Source: Akkermansia sp. (GTDB lineage: Bacteria > Verrucomicrobiota > Verrucomicrobiia > Limisphaerales > SIBH01). From it: a DNA stretch of 64,000 nt. Below are positions 8,901 through 17,623 of the stretch, piece by piece. Position 1 is the first letter of the stretch. Each line of letters opens with the position of its first letter. The notes under the pieces were generated by a model that did no database searches, was not told where the DNA came from, and worked only from the letters and a program-made list of their open reading frames with translations. The DNA is taken from positions 365 to 64,364 of the forward strand of contig JAYVQC010000097.1 of assembly GCA_043757045.1 (NCBI GenBank). Direction: 5' to 3'. Position numbers and translations under genes: made by a program.

Positions 8901-10111
8901 AACCCAAGCGTGCAACCAAGCTGCCTCCGTCCGCCTACGGCTCGCTGCTGGCGGACTTGAAGCGGCGTGTGCGCTCGGCGCAGGTGCGGGCCGCGCTCTC
9001 GGTCAATCGCGAGCTGGTGCTGCTCTACTGGCACATCGGGCGCGAGATTCTGCGCAGCCAGCAGGCCGAGGGCTGGGGCGCGAAAGTCATCGAGCGGCTG
9101 GCGAGAGATTTGCGGCGCGAGTTCCCGGACATGGGCGGGCTGTCGCCGCGCAACTTGAAATACATGCGCGCGTTTGCCGAAGCGCATTCCAGCGGGGCGT
9201 TCGTCCAGCAGCTTGCCGGAGAATTTGTGCAGCAGCTTGTGGCACAATTGCCGAGGCCAAAGACGGGCAAACCAATTGTGCAGCAGGCTGCTGCACAATT
9301 GCCTGCGGCAAAAGTCCAACAGCCTGTTGGACAACTGGCGCTCACAAAAGTGCAGCAGCCTGCTGCACAATTGGAGTTCGACCTCCCGCCCGAACCGTTT
9401 GCCTCGCTGCCGTGGTTTCACAACTGCCTGCTGCTCGACCGCGTGAAGAATCCTGCTGACCGCCTCTGGTATGCGCGCCAGACTTTGCTGCACGGCTGGT
9501 CGCGCGCGGTGCTCGCCGTCCAGATCGACACCAAACTTCACAAGCGCGCCGGCAAGGCCCTGAACAATTTCGCCGCCACGCTGCCGCCCGCGCAGTCCGA
9601 CCTCGCGCAGCAGTTGCTCAAGGATCCTTACACGTTCAACTTTCTCTCGCTCGGACCGGATGCGCAGGAGCGCGATTTAGAAAACGCGCTGATTGATCAC
9701 ATCCAGAAATTCCTGCTCGAACTCGGCGTGGGCTTCGCCTTCGTCGGGCGGCAGGTGCGGCTGGAAGTGGACGGCACGGAGTATCCGATCGATTTGTTGT
9801 TCTACCATCTGCGGCTCCGCTGCTACTTCGTCATTGATCTCAAGATGGAGGCGTTCGAGCCGCGCGACGCGGGGCAGATGAATTTTTATCTCGCCGCCGT
9901 GGACGATCAGATGCACCACGCGGGCGACCAGCCGGCCATCGGGCTGCTGCTGTGCCGCGACCACAAACGGCTCACGGTGGAATACGCGCTGCGGAATTGC
10001 ACCACGCCCATCGGGGTGGCCAAGTGGCGGACCAAGCTGGTGAATTCCTTGCCGAAAAAACTGCGCGGCCTGCTGCCGTCCGTGGAGGAACTCGAACGCA
10101 AGCTGCGCTGA
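8897..10111 (+). CDS. YhcG/DUF1016 family PDDEXK nuclease
   Basis: N-terminal RELVLLYWHIGREIL...WGAKVIERLARDL...GLSPRNLKYMRAFA. The C-terminal PD-(D/E)xK core is IDLLFYHLRLRCYFVIDLKMEAFEPRDAGQMNFYL. It carries the family-typical VQQ..AAQL low-complexity insert. Confidence 0.85.
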   Translation: MKPKRATKLPPSAYGSLLADLKRRVRSAQVRAALSVNRELVLLYWHIGREILRSQQAEGWGAKVIERLARDLRREFPDMGGLSPRNLKYMRAFAEAHSSGAFVQQLAGEFVQQLVAQLPRPKTGKPIVQQAAAQLPAAKVQQPVGQLALTKVQQPAAQLEFDLPPEPFASLPWFHNCLLLDRVKNPADRLWYARQTLLHGWSRAVLAVQIDTKLHKRAGKALNNFAATLPPAQSDLAQQLLKDPYTFNFLSLGPDAQERDLENALIDHIQKFLLELGVGFAFVGRQVRLEVDGTEYPIDLLFYHLRLRCYFVIDLKMEAFEPRDAGQMNFYLAAVDDQMHHAGDQPAIGLLLCRDHKRLTVEYALRNCTTPIGVAKWRTKLVNSLPKKLRGLLPSVEELERKLR

Positions 10112-10117
10112 CTTTTC

Positions 10118-10705
10118 ATGAACTCTCCCACTTCCCATCAATCAAGCCCCGCGTCCATCGCGCTGCCGTTCGCGTATCCGCTCGACGAGTTCTACGCGCT
10201 GGCGAAGCGCGAGCTGCCGCCCATCGAGCAGGTGCCGGGGGAGTCCATGCCGGAGCCGTATCGCACGCTGCTCGTGCATCAGGACGACATGACGCCGACG
10301 CTGGAGAAATTTCACAGCGACCGCATCCACCTGAAAGTCATCAGCCGACAGACGCGCGGGGATTTTTATTTCCGGGAAGTGGTGCTCGTCACCGAGAGGA
10401 CGCGCGCGCCGGTGGAGTTCGGCGCGATCAAGATCAACCTCGCGCTGTTTCCGGCGGCCGCACGGCGGCACATTCTCGAAGAGAAGGAGCCGCTCGGCAC
10501 GATTCTCGGCCAGGACCACATCGGACATTCGAGCCGCCCCAAGGCGTACCTGCGCCTCCAGCCGGATGCCTTCATCCGCGAGGCGCTGCAACTCGGCGAG
10601 GGCAAGCTGGCCCTCTACGGGCGGCGCAACACGTTGTTCGACCCGCAGCAGCGGGCGTTGGCGGAGATCGTGGAGATTCTGCCGCCGGAGAAGGAGAAGA
10701 ATTGA
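10118..10705 (+). CDS. Chorismate lyase-like (UbiC/DUF98 fold) protein
   Basis: 195 aa with LLVHQDDMTPTLEKFH...L.VISRQ...FYFREVVLV...APVEFGAIKINL, resembling the UTRA/chorismate-lyase DUF98 family. Assignment is by resemblance only. Confidence 0.55.
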   Translation: MNSPTSHQSSPASIALPFAYPLDEFYALAKRELPPIEQVPGESMPEPYRTLLVHQDDMTPTLEKFHSDRIHLKVISRQTRGDFYFREVVLVTERTRAPVEFGAIKINLALFPAAARRHILEEKEPLGTILGQDHIGHSSRPKAYLRLQPDAFIREALQLGEGKLALYGRRNTLFDPQQRALAEIVEILPPEKEKN

Positions 10706-10814
10706 AGGAGCCACGGATGAAAAACGAATTGAACACGGAAGTAGATCGGGCGAACGCAAGTCCCGCCCGTGTTTCATCCGTGTTCAATCCGCGGCTCGCA
10801 ACCGGAGATGCATT

Positions 10815-12101
10815 ATGACCAAGACTGATTACGACGTTCTCATCATCGGCGGTGGTCCGTCCGGCAGTTCGTCCGCCGCAATTCTTGCCGAGCACGGCCA
10901 TCGCGTCCTGATTTTGGAGCGGGAGAAGTTCCCCCGTTATCATGTCGGTGAGTCGCTGATCCCCTTCAACTACGGGCCGATGGAGCGCCTAGGCCTGATT
11001 CCGATGATGAAGCAGTCGGCCTTCATGAAGAAATACAGCGTGCAGTTCGTGGCTCCGAACGGTCGCGCCAGCCAGCCGTTTTATTTCTTCAACCGCTACG
11101 ACAAGGACACCGTGGCGCAGACCTGGCAGGTGTTGCGCAGCGAGTTTGACGAAATTCTCCTCAACCATGCGCGCAGCAAAGGCGCGGAAGTCATTGAGGA
11201 AATCAGCGTAAAGGAACTATTGCGCGAGGGTGAACGTGTGGTCGGCGTGCGCGCGCAGAAGAAATCCGGCGAGGTCGTCGAGTTCCGCGCGCCCATGACC
11301 CTCGACTGTACGGGCAAGGAAGCCTTCACCGCCGTACGCAACGGCTGGCGGCAGCGCGATCCGTATCTGAACAAGATCGCCGTCTGGACCTACTACCAGG
11401 GTTCGAAGCGTGAGTCGGGGATAGACGAGGGGCAAACGACGGTGGCGATGATTCCCGAGAAGGGCTGGTTCTGGCACATCCCGCAGCACAACGACATGGT
11501 GAGCGTGGGCGTGGTGGCCGAGGGCAAATACCTGACGCGCGGCGGGGTGCGCGACCACAAGGCGATCTTCGACCGCGAGGTGAACGAAAATCTTTGGATC
11601 AAGGATCATCTCTCCGTGGGCGAACAGGTCGGCCCTTACTACATCACGAGTGAGTATTCGTATCACTCACAGCACTGCGGCAGCGAAGGGTTGCTGCTGG
11701 TCGGTGATGCTTTTGCGTTTCTCGATCCGGTTTTCTCCAGCGGCCTGATGCTCGCGCTCAAGAGCGGCGTGCTGGCGGGTGACGCGGTGCATGAAGCGCT
11801 GGTGGCCAACGATTTTTCCCCGGCGCGGTTCTCCGATTATGCGACCTACATGCGCCAGGGCGTGGAGAACATGCGCAAGCTGGTCTATGCCTTTTACGAT
11901 CCAGATTTCTCGTTCAAGCAAGTCATCGACAAATATCCCGAGGCCGCTGACGAAATCACCGACTGCCTGAGCGGCGACGTGAACAAGGACTTCACGTCGT
12001 TGTGGGACAAGATTCGCGAGTTCGTGCCGCTGCCGGAGGATTTGCCGCTGGGGCAGCCGCTGGTTGCGAAGACGGGCGAGCTTCAGCCCCTGATCGCGTG
12101 A
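10815..12101 (+). CDS. FAD-dependent oxidoreductase with flavin-dependent halogenase signature motifs
   Basis: Start trimmed to ATG 10815 (MTKTDYDVLIIGGGPSGSS, GxGxxG). It has the WxWxIP motif (GWFWHIP) and the Fx.Px.Sx.G motif (FAFLDPVFSSGL), plus FPRYHVGESL near the N-terminus. Confidence 0.8.
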   Translation: MTKTDYDVLIIGGGPSGSSSAAILAEHGHRVLILEREKFPRYHVGESLIPFNYGPMERLGLIPMMKQSAFMKKYSVQFVAPNGRASQPFYFFNRYDKDTVAQTWQVLRSEFDEILLNHARSKGAEVIEEISVKELLREGERVVGVRAQKKSGEVVEFRAPMTLDCTGKEAFTAVRNGWRQRDPYLNKIAVWTYYQGSKRESGIDEGQTTVAMIPEKGWFWHIPQHNDMVSVGVVAEGKYLTRGGVRDHKAIFDREVNENLWIKDHLSVGEQVGPYYITSEYSYHSQHCGSEGLLLVGDAFAFLDPVFSSGLMLALKSGVLAGDAVHEALVANDFSPARFSDYATYMRQGVENMRKLVYAFYDPDFSFKQVIDKYPEAADEITDCLSGDVNKDFTSLWDKIREFVPLPEDLPLGQPLVAKTGELQPLIA

Positions 12102-12159
12102 TGAGCGTCGGTGGTGGTGAGCGCCGCGCACGGCAAATCCGCACGCACCGCTTGGCATC

Positions 12160-13416
12160 TCACGCGCCGACCGTTTCTAAACGCAGGAAATCTTCGGCGA
12201 CGGAATCAGCGTAGCGCAGGCCGACGCTGTTCAGGCGGAAGCCGTGCTCGTCCATCTCGGCGCGGCCATTGGTGACGAGCGTTTTCATTTCGTGGCCCCA
12301 GCCTTCTCGCAGATCGAAGCCGGTGATGGATTTGAACTCCTCGAAATTCCAACCCGCCGGCATCCGCAACCCGAACGCCGCCGTCTCGCCCGCGCGGGCC
12401 TCGGGAGAAAGCTGCTCGCTCGACTCGATGGCGCGGCGGCCTTTCTCCAGTTGCTCGCAGTAGAGCTGCGTGTTCGACCAGTTCTTTGTCCGCACGCCGT
12501 GGACGTAGCCCGTCGCGCTCGGCCCGAGCGCGTGGAAGGAACCGCCGCGCCAGTAGTTCACGTTGTGCTGGCACGCCAAGCGTGGAATGACGAATGGCGA
12601 ATGAGGAATGACGATAGGTTCGACATTCGTCATTCTCACGTCGCGCGCGAAGTTCGCGATCTCGTACTGCCGCAGTCCGTGCTCGGCAGTCGTGGCGATC
12701 AACTCGTCATACATGTCGCAGGCGAGTTCTTCGTTCACGTCGAACGCACCGGCCTTGAGCTGCGCGTAGAGCGGCGTGTCTTCCTCGTAGATCACTTCGT
12801 AGCTGGAGAGATGTTCGCTGCCGAGCGCGATGGCTTCGCGGAGCGTTGCGCGCCAGGTGTCCATCGTCTGCGTGGGGATGGCGAACATGAGGTCCACGTT
12901 CACGTTGTCGAAACCGGCGGAGCGCAAGGTGTCGAAACTTTTGAAAACTTGTTCGCGCGAGTGGATGCGTCCGAGGCGTTCGAGCAGTGATTCGTCGAGC
13001 GATTGCACGCCCATCGAGACGCGGTTCACGCCGAAGTCGCGCCAGAGCTTCGCCTTGTCGAGCGAGACGGTGGCGGGATTGGATTCGATGGTCCACTCGG
13101 TCGCGCCGAGGAGATTCAGCCGCTCCATCGTGCGGAGAATGCTTTCCCACTGGCGCAGGTTTAGCATGGAGGGAGTGCCGCCGCCGAAGAAGACGGTGCG
13201 CGGTTTCAGATCGTGCGCGACCAGTTCCATCTCATGCACGAGCGCGGCGACGTAGCGGTTGATCTGTTCGCCGCTCGAAGCCTCGGAGAAGAAGGCGCAA
13301 TACTCGCATTTGTGCGCGCAGAACGGCACATGAACGTAGAGGCTGGTGACGGGTGAACTCGACACGCGCGCAGGATGCCAGCGTGCCGCAGGGCGACCAA
13401 TGAAAAGTTCCACCAT
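12160..13416 (-). CDS. hemW: Radical SAM heme chaperone HemW / oxygen-independent coproporphyrinogen oxidase-like protein
   Basis: LYVHVPFCAHKCEYCAFF (CxxxCxxC), FFGGGTPS and HNVNYW motifs. Start trimmed to ATG 13416, because the track's N-terminal extension (to 13524) is translated from an intergenic repeat element. Confidence 0.85.
   Translation of the reverse strand: MVELFIGRPAARWHPARVSSSPVTSLYVHVPFCAHKCEYCAFFSEASSGEQINRYVAALVHEMELVAHDLKPRTVFFGGGTPSMLNLRQWESILRTMERLNLLGATEWTIESNPATVSLDKAKLWRDFGVNRVSMGVQSLDESLLERLGRIHSREQVFKSFDTLRSAGFDNVNVDLMFAIPTQTMDTWRATLREAIALGSEHLSSYEVIYEEDTPLYAQLKAGAFDVNEELACDMYDELIATTAEHGLRQYEIANFARDVRMTNVEPIVIPHSPFVIPRLACQHNVNYWRGGSFHALGPSATGYVHGVRTKNWSNTQLYCEQLEKGRRAIESSEQLSPEARAGETAAFGLRMPAGWNFEEFKSITGFDLREGWGHEMKTLVTNGRAEMDEHGFRLNSVGLRYADSVAEDFLRLETVGA
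12584..12637. repeat. GAATGACG-type hairpin/short repeat inside hemW
   Basis: ggaatgacgaatggcgaatgaggaatgacga ... cattcgtcattc (inverted). It encodes ..PIVIPHSPFVIP.. between the conserved FARD and HNVNYW segments. Confidence 0.75.
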
Positions 13417-13460
13417 CGCTTCGGAACTTGGTCTGGGGCGTGCCCGGAGAAGGCTGTGCA

Positions 13461-13553
13461 CACGAGGCTGAAAGCCTCGGAACCTGCCGGCTGGAAAGCC
13501 GGCGTTACGACGCAGCGCCGACATTCGTGTCGGCAGGTTCAGAGGCTTTCAGC
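13461..13553. repeat. CTGCCGGCTGGAAAGCCGGCGTTAC-type structured element
   Basis: gctgaaagcctcggaacctgccg (13467-13489) pairs with cggcaggttcagaggctttcagc (13531-13553). The core ctgccggctggaaagccggcgttac is shared with 28303-28475. Confidence 0.75.
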
Positions 13554-13600
13554 GGCGTGTTCCTCCCGGCAAGTCATGGCGCACCGGCGAGATGCGCTCC

Positions 13601-14512
13601 TTACTTCACCTTCCCCACCAGCGCCGCCGTGTTCTTGCGTCCGGGCGTCGGGAGGGGCGGGGGAATCGCGCCCGCGTTGCGGAGGCGCGCGACCATCGTG
13701 CGCCAGTTCGCGCGGTCGGTCTCGCTCATGGCCTGCCAGCGTTCGGCGGTTTGCAAAAAGGCGGCGCGCTCAATGGAGGACAGTTCGGAGAATTTCCTAA
13801 ACCCAGCCAGCGCCTCTTTTCGTTGCTCCGAGGAAAGCTGGTTGAAACTGGTGAGCGTCTGCTGCATCTGCGCGATTTCCTGCGGCGTCAGTTTCCGCAG
13901 CGCCTGGCTCTGCTCCTGCGTGGGCATTCCGAAAAAGCGTTCGTAGTTTGCGATGATCTGCGCGCGGCGTGCTTCAGGCAGTTCGTTTAGCCGCTGCGAT
14001 TGCTCCTCCAGTTCTTTGCGCTTCGCGGCGGTGAGACCGACCAGTCCGGCGTCATTCGTGCCGCCTTGCTTCGCGGAAACAAACACGCTGATCGCGAGCT
14101 GGTTTTCCAGCAAGTCCTGGCGGATGGCCGGCGGCAGAATGGTCCAGGTCCGCAGCTTGCCTTCGAGCAGCGCGCGGTCAGGCTGGGGAATTTTCGCAAG
14201 CCGCAGGGTGCGGTCGGCGGGCGTCATCTTCATGAGTTGCGGGAGATACCAGCGCAGTTGCAACGCTTGGAGACGCGCGGTGCGTTCTTCAGTCGTGAGC
14301 GAGGAATACTCGGCAACTTTGCTTTCGAGATACTGGCGTTGCGCGGGCTTGTGCAAGGCCAGCCACTGGTTGCGCCCGGCCTCGTTCGTCTCGAGCAACA
14401 TGCGGAAAGTCGTGACGGGTGATGAGGGCAGCGGCGGCAAGGGCGCGGGCTGCGCGTGCGCGCCACCCAGGGTCAGGAGCAGTAAACCAAGTTGGATCCA
14501 GAGACGTTTCAT
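13601..14512 (-). CDS. Periplasmic helical-repeat protein (DUF3106-like), last gene of the ECF sigma operon
   Basis: Signal peptide MKRLWIQLGLLLLTLGGAHAQ. Repeated ..L(S/T)xEER / ..ERWQ.MSETDR.. units are typical of DUF3106-type proteins. 4-nt overlap with the upstream gene. Confidence 0.55.
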   Translation of the reverse strand: MKRLWIQLGLLLLTLGGAHAQPAPLPPLPSSPVTTFRMLLETNEAGRNQWLALHKPAQRQYLESKVAEYSSLTTEERTARLQALQLRWYLPQLMKMTPADRTLRLAKIPQPDRALLEGKLRTWTILPPAIRQDLLENQLAISVFVSAKQGGTNDAGLVGLTAAKRKELEEQSQRLNELPEARRAQIIANYERFFGMPTQEQSQALRKLTPQEIAQMQQTLTSFNQLSSEQRKEALAGFRKFSELSSIERAAFLQTAERWQAMSETDRANWRTMVARLRNAGAIPPPLPTPGRKNTAALVGKVK

Positions 14513-15000
14513 TGTAGTGCAAACAAAATGCCGTCGTCGCTTGCAGGCGTGATCTCGCGCAGCGAATCCACCACGTCGAAATCGCGGAAGGCGTCGGGCA
14601 GGCGCGCGATGTCTTTCGAGACAAGCGCGGCGTCGGCGGCAAGCTGCGTGCGCTGCGCGCTGCGAAATTGCTGCGTGCCAAAAACCGTGAGCGCCAGCGC
14701 CGCCACCGTAGCCCAGCCGAGGCGCGGCCAGAGCACGCGCCAGCCGCGCGATTTGGAAACGGCGCGGCTCGCGCGCGCCTCATCCAAGTCCAGTTCCTGC
14801 AGCACGCGCGCGGTGAAGTTGCTCGACACGGGAACGTCGGGCAGGGATTGCAGCGCGCGTCCCAGAGCGCGATCCGCCTCCCACGCGGCGCGTGCGCCGG
14901 GATGCGCAGTGAGCCACGCCTCGAGTTGGGATTCCTCCTCGGGCGACAACTCCGGCTGCAGACTCAGCCGGAACAAATCATCATCACGCACGTCTTTCAT
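14509..15000 (-). CDS. Putative membrane-spanning anti-sigma factor
   Basis: 163 aa, located downstream of the ECF sigma gene. Single TM (LGWATVAALALTVFG) separates a cytoplasmic N-terminus from a short periplasmic tail. No zinc-finger motif was seen. Confidence 0.5.
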   Translation of the reverse strand: MKDVRDDDLFRLSLQPELSPEEESQLEAWLTAHPGARAAWEADRALGRALQSLPDVPVSSNFTARVLQELDLDEARASRAVSKSRGWRVLWPRLGWATVAALALTVFGTQQFRSAQRTQLAADAALVSKDIARLPDAFRDFDVVDSLREITPASDDGILFALQ

Positions 15001-15070
15001 GATCTTCCTTTCAGTTCAAAACCAGTTCACAAACAAAGTTTCATTTCACCACGCGCTCACACACCAACGG

Positions 15071-15183
15071 CAGTGGGACCGGCGCCCTCGCCGGTCGCCA
15101 GTCCAACAGGCGCCCCCGCCTGTCGAACAGCGGGCGAGGGCGCCCGCGAGACGAACGACAGCCGGGGGCGGCTGTCCCACTAC
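15071..15183. repeat. About 113-bp structured element, intergenic copy (between ECF sigma and anti-sigma genes)
   Basis: cagtgggaccggcgccctcgccggtcgccagtcc...ggctgtcccactac. Termini gtgggac/gtcccac are inverted. Internal ggcgccctcgcc pairs with ggcgagggcgcc. Confidence 0.75.
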
Positions 15184-15206
15184 GGGCAACACTGCCAAGA
15201 TGCACC

Positions 15207-15827
15207 TCATGGCTCTTCACTCCACGCGCCGGAACGCAGATACGGCTTCAACCGCTGCTTCAAAGTTTCCCGCGCGCGGTGGATCAGCGACTTCGTCGCC
15301 GAGAGCGAGCAGTCCACGACCTTCGCGATTTCTTCGTAGGAAAATTCCTCGTGGCGGCACATGAGCAACGCGGTGCGTTGCTTCTCCGGCAGATCGGCGA
15401 TGGCTTCCTCAACCTTCTCTTCGAGTTCTCCTTGCAACAAACTTTCCGTCGGGCCAGCCGATTTCGTGTCGGGTGCCTGCCGCATGGGATGATCGTCATC
15501 GTCGGCAAAAGTTTGATCGAGGGAGTCGGCGCGATGACGCGAGCGGCGGCGGATTTCGTTGAGCGAAAGATTGCGCGCGATGGTGAACAGCCAGGTGGAA
15601 AATCTCGCCGTGACCTCATAGCGATGCGCCGATTTGAAAACCTGCACGAAGACGTGTTGTGCGATGTCCTCGGCCTCGGTCGGATCGCCGAGGGTGCGGG
15701 CGACGATGTTGATGACGGGCTGCTGGTATCTCTCGACCAAGGACTCGAAGGCCGCGCGATCGCCCTCACGCACCCGCAGCATGAGGGCGGCATCGGGATC
15801 CAGACCGGTGTCGGACATGACGCGCAA
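15207..15827 (-). CDS. ECF-type RNA polymerase sigma-70 family factor
   Basis: Region 2 (FESLVERYQQPVINIVARTLGDPTEAEDIAQHVFVQVF...FSTWLFTIARN) and region 4 (LPEKQRTALLMCRHEEFSYEEIAKVVDCSLSATKSLIHRARETL). Confidence 0.9.
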   Translation of the reverse strand: MRVMSDTGLDPDAALMLRVREGDRAAFESLVERYQQPVINIVARTLGDPTEAEDIAQHVFVQVFKSAHRYEVTARFSTWLFTIARNLSLNEIRRRSRHRADSLDQTFADDDDHPMRQAPDTKSAGPTESLLQGELEEKVEEAIADLPEKQRTALLMCRHEEFSYEEIAKVVDCSLSATKSLIHRARETLKQRLKPYLRSGAWSEEP

Positions 15828-15965
15828 CAGAGTAGGGAAAACCGGTGAGGCGACAAGGTTGCGGGAAAATCATCGGCGCGCGGACTTTCCTGCCACTTCG
15901 ACCTTCGCCTGAAGTCTGTTTGAGAGCTTACCCGTTGTCCCGGCCGTGCCGATAAACCGGGGACA

Positions 15966-17558
15966 ATGGCTGACTTTTTCAAACAACCCGCACGTCCGCC
16001 GGTTTCTCGCCGGCGACGCCTGGCACAACTTGTCTGCGTCCTTTTGCTCCTGACGTTGGCGACCTTGTTCATCGAGCATTGGCGGGGTGAACGGGCTTTG
16101 CGGGCGTGGAGAATCGCGATGACAGCCCGGGGAGAAATCTTCGATCCGAACCAGCTCTGGCCAGCAACGGTTTCTTCCAGTCGCGAATTCTCTGAGCAAC
16201 TGGCCTTGGCGGTGGAACGGCTGCCCCGGAGCCTGGACAAATTCTCCGGCATCTTGGATGGCTTGAGTCACGATGAGTTGGGTCGTCCCAGCCGTGGGAG
16301 CAAGCAAGGCCGGCCGCCCGGCTCGTTTGAGCAAAACAACGTCAGCACCTGGCAGGAGTTGGAAAGCGCGAGCCAAGCGGCACGTCCGGCCTTGAAAATC
16401 CTCCGTAAGCTGATGCAAGACCCGCCGGCCACCATCGGTGGGGAGATTGCGAAACGGCTGGACCATGATGTCATTCCCAACTTCATCCCCATCCGTCGCG
16501 CCAGCCAGGCCTTGCACGCGGCCACCATCAACGATCTGCACCGGGGAGACCTCGAGGCGGCGCTGGAAAATCTTGAGGCCATGCAGGGCGGTGTCCGCCT
16601 CTACGCCGATGAACCGACGCTCGTGAACTACATGATCCGGGTCGCGCTCCTCGGTCTGAGCAGCGACGCCTGTTGGGATGCCCTGCAAGAGAACGGCTGG
16701 ACCGAGCCGCAACTGGTCCGGCTCCAGAAGGCCTGTCAGTCCAACGTGCTCTTCTCACAGTTGCCCAACATCATGGCTGGAGAACGAGCGGGCCGACTTC
16801 ATGCCCTGAACTGGTTTGCCTCGCACCGCTACCAGGCTTGGATTGATCGTTACGCAGACATTCACAAATCATTCGGATCCAAGCCGGCGGAACTGGACAC
16901 CGCGAACTGGAAGGGCCGTTGGCGGAAGTGGATTTTTCACCCCACTTGGAGCTACGCGTGGCGGGCGCAGGAGGAACTGGATCACCTCAAGTATTCACAA
17001 CAGGACTTGAACAATCTGCGCGAAGCCGTCCAGCGAGGATCATGGGTTTACCTCCAGGAGAGGGACGCCAAGTTGCGTGCCAACTATCGGCGTCCGCCTG
17101 CGGCGTGGCGGTTCTACGGTTCTCTGCCCTTGCACGACAGCTTGAGTGAACTCATCCGCCCTCCGCGCGCGGAACAGCCCGAGTCTCCTTACCCGAATTT
17201 CTCCAAGGCGGGGTTCGTGACGGCCAAGAATCTGACCCGGCACGAGATGGTGAAGACGGTGATTGCGCTCAAGCGCCACCAACTGCGCGAAGGCCAGCTC
17301 CCGCGTGACCTCGCGGCTTTGGTTCCCGCTTGTTTGGACGCCGTGCCGCGTGACTTGGTGGACGGGCAGCCTTTGCGCTACCGGTTGAACCCGGACGGTT
17401 CGTTCGTGCTGTATTCCATCGGCGAGAACGCCCGAGACGAGGGTGGTAATTCGCACCCCTCAGAGTCGGGTGAGACTCAGCGAAGACCTGATGCATGGTC
17501 CGGTCGCGATTGGGTGTGGCCCCAAACTTTTGCCTCCGTAAAAAAGCCGGGAACATAA
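15966..17558 (+). CDS. Hypothetical N-terminally membrane-anchored protein
   Basis: 530-aa ORF divergent from the sigma operon. One TM (LVCVLLLLTLATLFI); the C-terminus ..FVLYSIGENARDEGGN.. is reminiscent of pseudopilin-like tails. No confident family. Confidence 0.5.
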   Translation: MADFFKQPARPPVSRRRRLAQLVCVLLLLTLATLFIEHWRGERALRAWRIAMTARGEIFDPNQLWPATVSSSREFSEQLALAVERLPRSLDKFSGILDGLSHDELGRPSRGSKQGRPPGSFEQNNVSTWQELESASQAARPALKILRKLMQDPPATIGGEIAKRLDHDVIPNFIPIRRASQALHAATINDLHRGDLEAALENLEAMQGGVRLYADEPTLVNYMIRVALLGLSSDACWDALQENGWTEPQLVRLQKACQSNVLFSQLPNIMAGERAGRLHALNWFASHRYQAWIDRYADIHKSFGSKPAELDTANWKGRWRKWIFHPTWSYAWRAQEELDHLKYSQQDLNNLREAVQRGSWVYLQERDAKLRANYRRPPAAWRFYGSLPLHDSLSELIRPPRAEQPESPYPNFSKAGFVTAKNLTRHEMVKTVIALKRHQLREGQLPRDLAALVPACLDAVPRDLVDGQPLRYRLNPDGSFVLYSIGENARDEGGNSHPSESGETQRRPDAWSGRDWVWPQTFASVKKPGT

Positions 17559-17623
17559 CGCTGGCCAGCGAGCGAACGTGGCTTTCCGCAGTCAATTTTT
17601 GCGAAGCAGAATAGCCCGCGCGG

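Noticed and set aside
9190-9370. Repetitive gtgcagcag...ctgcacaattg palindromic segments inside the DUF1016 gene, considered as another inserted mobile repeat.
   Set aside because: VQQ..AAQL-type low-complexity inserts at this position are a common feature of YhcG/DUF1016 proteins. The sequence does not match any of the intergenic repeat families seen in this window.
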